In this document: positions 57,484-64,000 of the stretch, in pieces | Layout: each line of letters starts with the position of its first letter | How positions within the stretch are numbered: position 1 is the stretch's first letter | From: Minisyncoccota bacterium | GTDB lineage: Bacteria > Patescibacteriota > Minisyncoccia > Phycocordibacterales > XYD1-FULL-46-19 | NCBI GenBank assembly: GCA_041649495.1 | Contig: JBAZMZ010000001.1 | Span: forward strand, 623 to 64,622 | Length of the DNA stretch: 64,000 nt | Reading direction: 5' to 3' | Program-made: the position numbers and the translations under genes | Notes under the pieces: model-generated | The model's database searches: none | Told to the model about the DNA's origin: nothing | The model's input: only the letters and a program-made list of their open reading frames with translations

Positions 57484-57663
57484 ATGATGAAAAAATATAT
57501 AATTATTGCTGTTGTTGTCGTTATTGTAATAATAACCCTAAGTTTTTACAGGATGACAGGGCACTGTCTTTCTGGTTACGATATCGCCGGGGGTTGTGAA
57601 AAAGAGACTTCTGGAATTACGTGTTTTGATGATGTTTTGACAAAGTGTCGTTTTGGGTTTTAA
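57484..57663 (+). CDS. 59-aa membrane-anchored 4-Cys peptide, below the ORF-track cutoff
   Basis: MMKKYIIIAVVVVIVIITLSFYRMTGHCLSGYDIAGGCEKETSGITCFDDVLTKCRFGF; N-terminus resembles those of the 55192 and 56167 proteins. Confidence 0.6.
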   Translation: MMKKYIIIAVVVVIVIITLSFYRMTGHCLSGYDIAGGCEKETSGITCFDDVLTKCRFGF

Positions 57664-57664
57664 A

Positions 57665-60600
57665 TTATAATTCTTTCATTGCCTCAATAATTATACTCGG
57701 CTCACCGTTGCGATGAGAAATTTTCCCACGGAGGGCGACGATTTTGTCGGGGATTAAGAGCTCGCGATATTTTTCGTAGACATCAGAAAAGGCGACCGCT
57801 TCGATCGAGTCGGTGAAGTCAAACATTTTGATAAAGGCCATCTTTTTGTTATTTTTGGTGATTATTTCGCGCACGGTATCAATAACGCCGCCGGTAATGG
57901 CGGGGAAGCCTTCTTTTTGTTCGCGATGATGTTTGATGGTATTTTCGGGTTTGTCGAAGCGGTCACGATAAGGTTCAAGCGGATGGCCCGAGACATAGAG
58001 ACCCAATAATTCTTTTTCCCAGGCGAGTTTGGTTTTAGGGTCAACCGGCTCAACTTCTTTTAATCGCAAGGCCGGCGGAGTTGCTGTTTCTGGTAATAAG
58101 CCAAAGAGCGAAGTTTGGTTGGCATTATTGCCCAATTCTTGCCGATTGAAGGCGAGGGCTTCATCCACATTGCCGAGGACTTGTCCGCGTTCCACCCCCA
58201 AGCTATCAAAGGCACCAGCTTTAGCGAGGGCTTCGAGCGATTTCTTGTTCATATTTTTGTGCTTCACGCGTGAGAGAAAATCGGCATAATCTTGATATAA
58301 ACCATTTTGTTTTCGTTCTTCCACGATAAAATGAGAAATCTCTTGACCGAGATTTTTGATCGTCACCAGACCAAATCTAATCCGGTCGAGACCGTCGGTA
58401 TTCTTTTTTGATAATTTTTCAGCTGCTTCGGTTAAGCCACTTGAACCGAGGCCTTTAATCACCGTGAAGTCTTCGAAACTTTCATTAATATCAGGGGGCA
58501 AAACGGGCAAATTCATTCGGCGACACTCGGTAATAACCTCGGCAATTTTTTCGGTGTCACCCGCTTCGGCCGAGAGCACGGCCGTCATATATTCGGAGGG
58601 GTAATTGGCTTTTAAGTAACTAGTTTGGTAAGCGACTCGGCCGTAACTAGCGGCGTGGGCTTTGTTGAAGCCGTAAGCGGCAAAGGGTTCGATCAAAAGC
58701 CAGAGTTCGTGGGCCTTTTTCTCAGACAAACCGTTTTTTACTAGACCGTCAAACAATTTACCTTTTTGCGCCTCCATTTCTTTAGGAATTTTTTTACCCA
58801 TCGCTTTGCGCAATTTGTCGGCCTCAATCCACGAATAGCCGGCTAAGTGGATGGCGGTGAGCATGACATCATCTTGGTAAACCAATACGCCGAACGAGTG
58901 GTGAAGAATCGGTTCGAGTCGCGGGTCAAGATATTTAACCAGAGCGGGGTTGTGTTTGCGTTTAATATATTCGGGAATCATTTCCATTGGACCCGGACGA
59001 TACAGGGCGACCATGGCGTTAATATCGAAAATCGTGGTGGGTTGAAGCTCCTTAAGCCAACGGGTCATGCCCGCGCCACTAAGTTGGAAAAGACCAATTG
59101 TTTCGCCGCGAGCCAGCATCGCAAAAGTTTTCGTATCGTCGAGCGGGATATTGTTGATGTCAATAATCACGCCATGAACTTTTTTAATAATTTTAATGGC
59201 GTCTTCGAGGATGGAGAGATTGCGAATCCCGAGGAAATCATATTTCAGCAAGCCCGCATCCTCCACGGCGTGCATCTCGTATTGAGTAATGGTTTTGCCA
59301 CCCTTAGGGTCAAATTGAACGGGCGTGAAGTCGGTAATCTCGGTGGGGGAAATGACGACGCCAGCGGCGTGGACCGAAATATGTCGAGCGCAACCCTCGA
59401 TTTTTTTCGCCAAGTCAATAATTTTTTTGGTGTCGGCATCTTTCTTATACATTTCTTCTAATTCTGGCACCATCTCTAGCGCGTGGGTGATGGTCATCGG
59501 AAAGCCTTGTGAGCCCATCGGGATTAATTTTGAAATTTGATCGCCAATCGCGTAAGGGTAACCAAGGGCGCGAGACACATCGCGCACTGCCCCGCGGGCC
59601 ATCATTGAACCGAAAGTGCCAATTTGGGCGACATTATTCTCGCCGTATTTATGGCGAGCATACTCAATAATCTCATCGCGTCGTTTGTCGGCGTAATCCA
59701 TATCGATATCGGGCGGCGACGGTCGGTCGGCATTCAAGAACCGCTCGAAGGGCAGTTCATAATAGAGCGGGTCAACATTAGTAATGCCGATAATAAAAGA
59801 AATAAGCGAACCCGCGGCCGAGCCTCGAGTATTAGTAAAAATCCCCGTTTCGTGAGCGTGATTAATAAGGTCGGACACGACGAGAAAATAGGGCGAATAA
59901 CCTTTTTTGCTAATCACCTCGAATTCATATTCCATTCTGGTTCGAGCCAACTCGGCTCGGTCAGGATTTTGTTCAATATATTTAGCCAAACCGGCTTCAG
60001 CCATTTTTTTGAGTTCTTGATTATAATCAGAATCAGGGGGCACGGGATAACGGGGGAAGGTCCATTGGCCTAATTCAAGTGTGACATCACAGCGCTCGGC
60101 AATCTTCAAGCTATTTTCAATGGCTTCGGGGACTTGGGCAAAGTTTTTCGCCATCTCTTCACTAGAAAGAAAAGAAAAATCTTCCTCTGTATTAGTGACG
60201 CCCTTCAAATCAGACAAATCATTGCCAGTTTGGATGGCGAGCAGGGTGTGGTGAGCTTCGGCGTCGTCTCTGTTTAGATAATGTGTATCCTGGGTCGCGA
60301 CTAGGGGAATATTTAATTTTTTCCCCAATTCGATAACTTTAGCCGTAATTTCGGTTTGGTTTTCAACAAACGGGTGGTGCATTATTTCGAGATAATAATT
60401 GTCAACGCCAAAAATTTCTTGGTATTCTTTGATCACCCCCTCCGCTTTTTCGGGTTCATAAACTAAAGTTTTCGAGAGCTCTCCGCCCCGACAACCCGAG
60501 AGACAAATCAAGCCCTCGTGATATTCACGCAACAATTCTTTATCCGCCCGTGGTTTGTAATAATAGCCTTCGAGGTTGGCTTTGGTGACAATTTTAATTA

Positions 60601-60898
60601 AGTTATGATAACCCTCAAGATTTTTGGCTAAAAGGGTTAGATGGTAGCGTCGCGCATCGACATGGGGCTCCTTATTAAATCGACTGCGGGGGGCGACATA
60701 AATTTCGCAACCTAAAATCGGTTTAATTTCTTGTTTGAGGCATTCTTTATAAAATTCGATGACGCCATACATACTCCCGTGGTCAGTAATGGCCACGGCT
60801 GGCATACCGAATTCTTTGGCTTTTTTGACCAATTGGGGGATTTTGATGAGCCCGTCCAAGAGACTATAATGGGTGTGATTATGGAGATGCACGAACAT
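57665..60898 (-). CDS. dnaE: DNA polymerase III alpha subunit
   Basis: HLHNHTHYSLLDG, RGSAAGS, PDIDMD, YGFNKAHA; start moved to MFVHLH. Confidence 0.97.
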   Translation of the reverse strand: MFVHLHNHTHYSLLDGLIKIPQLVKKAKEFGMPAVAITDHGSMYGVIEFYKECLKQEIKPILGCEIYVAPRSRFNKEPHVDARRYHLTLLAKNLEGYHNLIKIVTKANLEGYYYKPRADKELLREYHEGLICLSGCRGGELSKTLVYEPEKAEGVIKEYQEIFGVDNYYLEIMHHPFVENQTEITAKVIELGKKLNIPLVATQDTHYLNRDDAEAHHTLLAIQTGNDLSDLKGVTNTEEDFSFLSSEEMAKNFAQVPEAIENSLKIAERCDVTLELGQWTFPRYPVPPDSDYNQELKKMAEAGLAKYIEQNPDRAELARTRMEYEFEVISKKGYSPYFLVVSDLINHAHETGIFTNTRGSAAGSLISFIIGITNVDPLYYELPFERFLNADRPSPPDIDMDYADKRRDEIIEYARHKYGENNVAQIGTFGSMMARGAVRDVSRALGYPYAIGDQISKLIPMGSQGFPMTITHALEMVPELEEMYKKDADTKKIIDLAKKIEGCARHISVHAAGVVISPTEITDFTPVQFDPKGGKTITQYEMHAVEDAGLLKYDFLGIRNLSILEDAIKIIKKVHGVIIDINNIPLDDTKTFAMLARGETIGLFQLSGAGMTRWLKELQPTTIFDINAMVALYRPGPMEMIPEYIKRKHNPALVKYLDPRLEPILHHSFGVLVYQDDVMLTAIHLAGYSWIEADKLRKAMGKKIPKEMEAQKGKLFDGLVKNGLSEKKAHELWLLIEPFAAYGFNKAHAASYGRVAYQTSYLKANYPSEYMTAVLSAEAGDTEKIAEVITECRRMNLPVLPPDINESFEDFTVIKGLGSSGLTEAAEKLSKKNTDGLDRIRFGLVTIKNLGQEISHFIVEERKQNGLYQDYADFLSRVKHKNMNKKSLEALAKAGAFDSLGVERGQVLGNVDEALAFNRQELGNNANQTSLFGLLPETATPPALRLKEVEPVDPKTKLAWEKELLGLYVSGHPLEPYRDRFDKPENTIKHHREQKEGFPAITGGVIDTVREIITKNNKKMAFIKMFDFTDSIEAVAFSDVYEKYRELLIPDKIVALRGKISHRNGEPSIIIEAMKEL

Positions 60899-60918
60899 GA
60901 TAGTATGTAGTATATAGT

Positions 60919-61542
60919 ATGTCGTATGTAGGGGCAAAAAAGTGGCTAATTGGGATAGATGAAGCCGGGCGGGGGGCGTTGGCCGGGCCGGTGGCGGTGG
61001 GGTTGGTGGCGTGGGAAATTAAAAAGTGGCTGGCGATTAAAAAGTTTTTAAAAGATTATCCGGTTGGTAAAGATTCGAAAAAACTAACGCCCAAACAGCG
61101 CGATTTTTGGTTTGGGAAGATTGAGGAATTAAGTGTTAAACATCCGGTGTTTAACACTGTGACGTTGGTGAGCAATAAAATAATAGATAAAAAAGGGATA
61201 AATTTTACTATTAAGACTGGGATAAAAAAGAATTTAGAAAACTTTCAGCGACTTGGAAGTTTAACTTCCAAGTCGCTGGTGCTTCTGGATGGTGGTTTAA
61301 AAGCCCCGGCCGAGTGGGTCAATCAGCAAACGATCATTAAAGGTGACGAGAAAGAATTAATCATTTCCTTGGCTTCAATCGTGGCCAAAGTTTCAAGAGA
61401 TAGAAAAATGATCAAATTAAGTCAGAAATATCCTCATCACAGCCTTCATCAGCACAAAGGTTATGGTACCAAACTCCATTATCAAAAAATCACCGAATTT
61501 GGTGTTTTAATTATCCACCGACAAAGCTACTTGTCTAATTAA
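60919..61542 (+). CDS. rnhB: Ribonuclease HII
   Basis: IGIDEAGRG.LAGPV, DSKKL, IKGD, ASIVAKV.RD, HKGYGT. Confidence 0.95.
   Translation: MSYVGAKKWLIGIDEAGRGALAGPVAVGLVAWEIKKWLAIKKFLKDYPVGKDSKKLTPKQRDFWFGKIEELSVKHPVFNTVTLVSNKIIDKKGINFTIKTGIKKNLENFQRLGSLTSKSLVLLDGGLKAPAEWVNQQTIIKGDEKELIISLASIVAKVSRDRKMIKLSQKYPHHSLHQHKGYGTKLHYQKITEFGVLIIHRQSYLSN
61246..61278. repeat. 33-bp hairpin monomer, in frame in rnhB, QRLGSLTSKSL
   Basis: CAGCGACTTGGAAGT-TTA-ACTTCCAAGTCGCTG; homologous to murC 2402-2428. Confidence 0.88.
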
Positions 61543-61646
61543 TTGATTAGTTGTATATTAAAACTGGATTGGATAGGAGTTAATTCGGGGTCTCAATGCG
61601 CCCGGAGGGCGCGTAGGAGAAAACAAGGACGACCGCAGTAGCCTTT

Positions 61647-61913
61647 TTGACGGTGGTGGAACGACCTGTCAGTGAGGGAATTCGATTTCTTTTCGAACTA
61701 AGGGAGGGAGCAACAGAGGATCGCCAGAGGGAAATCCTGACAAACTCTGATGTTTTCACTAATCACGAACTCCAAGAGTTCGGAAGGAGATCGGAGTACC
61801 TGTCTGTCAAGCAGAGGGTGTCCGACCTGCTTGATGAGAGGGGATACAAACAGAAGCCGTTTGGAGAAAGGAGGGGTGTATTCGTCACCCATTCACGACC
61901 GCCGGGTGACTGA
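61647..61913 (+). CDS. Hypothetical protein, start uncertain
   Basis: 88-codon ORF in an islet followed by a terminator-like hairpin at 61952-61985. Confidence 0.35.
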   Translation: MTVVERPVSEGIRFLFELREGATEDRQREILTNSDVFTNHELQEFGRRSEYLSVKQRVSDLLDERGYKQKPFGERRGVFVTHSRPPGD

Positions 61914-62023
61914 CCGACAAGGTTTTTTCTAGTTTTCCTATCCAGAGAATTGGGTCGACGCTGTATCCGGATGCGCCGACCCTTTCTTGATTATAATTAG
62001 CGAATAAGCTATAATAGAATTAT

Positions 62024-62248
62024 ATGGTAATCAGAATGCGACATACCCGGGCCCACACCGGGAATCGACGGTCTCATCACGCGCTTAAGGTGTCGGCTTT
62101 GGGGGTCTGTGAAAAATGTCAGGCGCCTAAGGCGGGCCATCAGCTTTGCCCTAATTGCGGGACTTATCGCGGACGCGAAGTAGTGAATGTTTTGGCTAAG
62201 GTAGAGAAAAAGGCGGCGAAGAAGAAGCGCGCCATGGCTCAAAATTAA
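62024..62248 (+). CDS. rpmF: 50S ribosomal protein L32
   Basis: [23 protein letters not shown]. Confidence 0.93.
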   Translation: MVIRMRHTRAHTGNRRSHHALKVSALGVCEKCQAPKAGHQLCPNCGTYRGREVVNVLAKVEKKAAKKKRAMAQN

Positions 62249-62281
62249 ATAATTTCGTTAACTTAGATTTTTTGAAAAAAT

Positions 62282-63208
62282 ATGGCTAATCGTCATTTAT
62301 GTCGGAGTTTGGCAATGCAGATCCTCTTTGAATTAGATTTTCAAGAGGGGGTTAAATCGAGCAATGATATTGAAGAAACGATTAAGCGCGTGGCTCTCGA
62401 ATTCGGTCCGGGGATCGAAGATTTGTCATTTGTTGAAGAAGTGGTGCGGGGAGTGATGACCCACCAAGAGAAGATTGATTTGATTATTGGCAAGGCCGCG
62501 CCTGATTGGCCTCTCGAACAAATTGCAGCTGTGGATCGCAATGTGCTCCGATTAGGTTTATATGAATTGATTTTTGGTGATCGGGCTGATGTGCCGGCCA
62601 AGGTGGCGATTAATGAGGCGATCGAATTGGCCAAGACCTTTGGCGGTGAATCAAGCGGGCGTTTTGTTAATGGCGTGCTCGGCACGGTTTATAAAGAATT
62701 AGGCGAACCGGGCAAAGATGAGGCGCCAGTTAAGAAGAATAAAATTGTGGATATCCCTTATGATCAAATGCCGATTGAGAAATTAGGCGGAGCGGTGGTT
62801 TACTCGCGGGGCGCTGATGGTGAAATTTCTCTCGCGATGGTGCACGACGTCTTTGGTCGCTGGACGCTCTCAAGGGGGCATATTGAAAAGGGTGAATCAG
62901 TTGTGGCTGGTGTGACTCGTGAAATTAAAGAAGAAATGGGTATCGATATCGAAGTGGGCGAGGCTTTGGGCCAGAATGAATATATCGCTTCTGATCCAGA
63001 AAAAGGAAAAACGCGTCGACAAGTTAATTATTTTTTGGGCGAAGCCTGTTTGGGAAAGGCTGGCACTCGGCCTGAGTTGTTCTTGGCGAAAAAAGGTGGA
63101 CTGGATGATGTGAAGTGGTTTCCTCTGGCTGAAGTGCCCGAGCTCAATATGTATGACGACATGGTGCCGATTATTACCAAAGCGATTAAGATTTTACTCA
63201 ATCGTTAA
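62282..63208 (+). CDS. nusB: NusB fused to a C-terminal Nudix domain
   Basis: VDRNVLR, VAINEAIELAK.FG, FVNGVL; GHIEKGE......REIKEEMG Nudix box. Confidence 0.9.
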   Translation: MANRHLCRSLAMQILFELDFQEGVKSSNDIEETIKRVALEFGPGIEDLSFVEEVVRGVMTHQEKIDLIIGKAAPDWPLEQIAAVDRNVLRLGLYELIFGDRADVPAKVAINEAIELAKTFGGESSGRFVNGVLGTVYKELGEPGKDEAPVKKNKIVDIPYDQMPIEKLGGAVVYSRGADGEISLAMVHDVFGRWTLSRGHIEKGESVVAGVTREIKEEMGIDIEVGEALGQNEYIASDPEKGKTRRQVNYFLGEACLGKAGTRPELFLAKKGGLDDVKWFPLAEVPELNMYDDMVPIITKAIKILLNR

Positions 63209-63251
63209 ATTTGTAGATTTGCAGGTATTTGTAGATTGGCGTCGCATTTTT

Positions 63252-63932
63252 ATGAAAGACTTTCAAAAAAAGATTAATTATCATTTCCAAAATCCCAGCT
63301 TGCTTAAGCAAGCTTTTCTTCATCGATCTTACCTCAATGAGCACAAAGATCTTAATCTGGAGCATAATGAGCGTTTAGAATTTTTGGGCGATGCGGTCTT
63401 AGAATTAGTGGTGACAGATTGGTTGTATCGAAATTATTCGGATAAACCGGAGGGGGAATTGACCGCTTATCGGGCCGCTTTGGTCAACGCTAACACTTGC
63501 GCCGATTTAGCCAGTGAGTGGGGGATGAACGAATTGTTGATGCTCTCAAAAGGGGAGGCTAAGGACACCGGTCGGGCGCGTCAAATTATTTTGGCCAATG
63601 CTTTTGAGGCGGTGGTAGGGGCGATTTATCTGGACGGTGGTTATGAGCCGGCCCGGGCTTTTATCGCGCAAACGGTTTTCCCTCAAGCCGACCAAGTGAT
63701 TAAAAAGAATTTAGTCGAAGATTATAAAAGTCATTTTCAACATCGAGCGCAAGAAGCGATGGGGATAACGCCTACCTATCAAGTTTTGTCCGAGACTGGT
63801 CCCGATCATGACAAAAAATTTACGGTTGGCCTGTATCTTGGCGATCAAAAAATTGCCGAGGGTTCGGGTCATGCCAAACAAGAAGCTGAACAATCCGCCG
63901 CTCGCGCCGGTCTGGAAGCTAAGGGTTGGTAA
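63252..63932 (+). CDS. rnc: Ribonuclease III
   Basis: NERLEFLGDAVL, FEAVVGAIYLD, dsRBD; start moved to MKDFQK. Confidence 0.96.
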   Translation: MKDFQKKINYHFQNPSLLKQAFLHRSYLNEHKDLNLEHNERLEFLGDAVLELVVTDWLYRNYSDKPEGELTAYRAALVNANTCADLASEWGMNELLMLSKGEAKDTGRARQIILANAFEAVVGAIYLDGGYEPARAFIAQTVFPQADQVIKKNLVEDYKSHFQHRAQEAMGITPTYQVLSETGPDHDKKFTVGLYLGDQKIAEGSGHAKQEAEQSAARAGLEAKGW

Positions 63933-64000
63933 TAAAATTACTAAGTATATTCTAACGACCGTTGGGAAATACTTAGTCTTATAAATAAGGTGTTTTGAGG

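Noticed and set aside
58426-58451. Imperfect hairpin in a dnaE insertion (GLGSSGLTEA)
   Set aside because: Weak pairing; could be an old element or chance.
63044-63064. GCCTGTTTGGGAAAGGCTGGC in the nusB Nudix domain (ACLGKAG)
   Set aside because: Short stem and no second copy in the window.
123-63932. Alternative genetic code (TGA readthrough)
   Set aside because: Core genes are full length under code 11, and TGA ends genes such as rpe at expected positions.

Overview
Gene-dense chromosomal segment (genetic code 11) whose gene content looks like a Patescibacteria/CPR (Parcubacteria-like) bacterium; the taxonomy is an inference. It holds murD-murC, a VirD4/TrwB-like ATPase, a ~15 kb minus-strand glycan-modification cluster with an O-antigen-ligase-TPR gene, secA, three surface-protein genes, murB, gatB, a gap-rpiB-rpe-tkt/pfkB/fba block, rplY, rpmE, prfA, rpsB-tsf, tRNA-Thr(TGT), pheS-pheT, gyrB, thrS, a variable TA/secreted-protein patch, dnaE, rnhB, rpmF, nusB-Nudix and rnc. 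Main signal: more than 20 short (about 15-54 bp) palindromic elements of several recurring families sit inside the open reading frames of housekeeping genes. They include two nested element-in-element insertions and one filled/empty site pair in a dead copy of the dnaE 3' end. Other highlights: a surface protein with ~18 tandem copies of an FnIII final beta-strand near an FnIII protein that lacks that strand (donor-strand scaffold hypothesis); a Thr T-box leader with an orphan PemK/MazF toxin gene between it and thrS; widespread leaderless-type promoters, two of them bidirectional; several candidate sRNAs and micro-ORFs. All calls were made by eye with no database searches.
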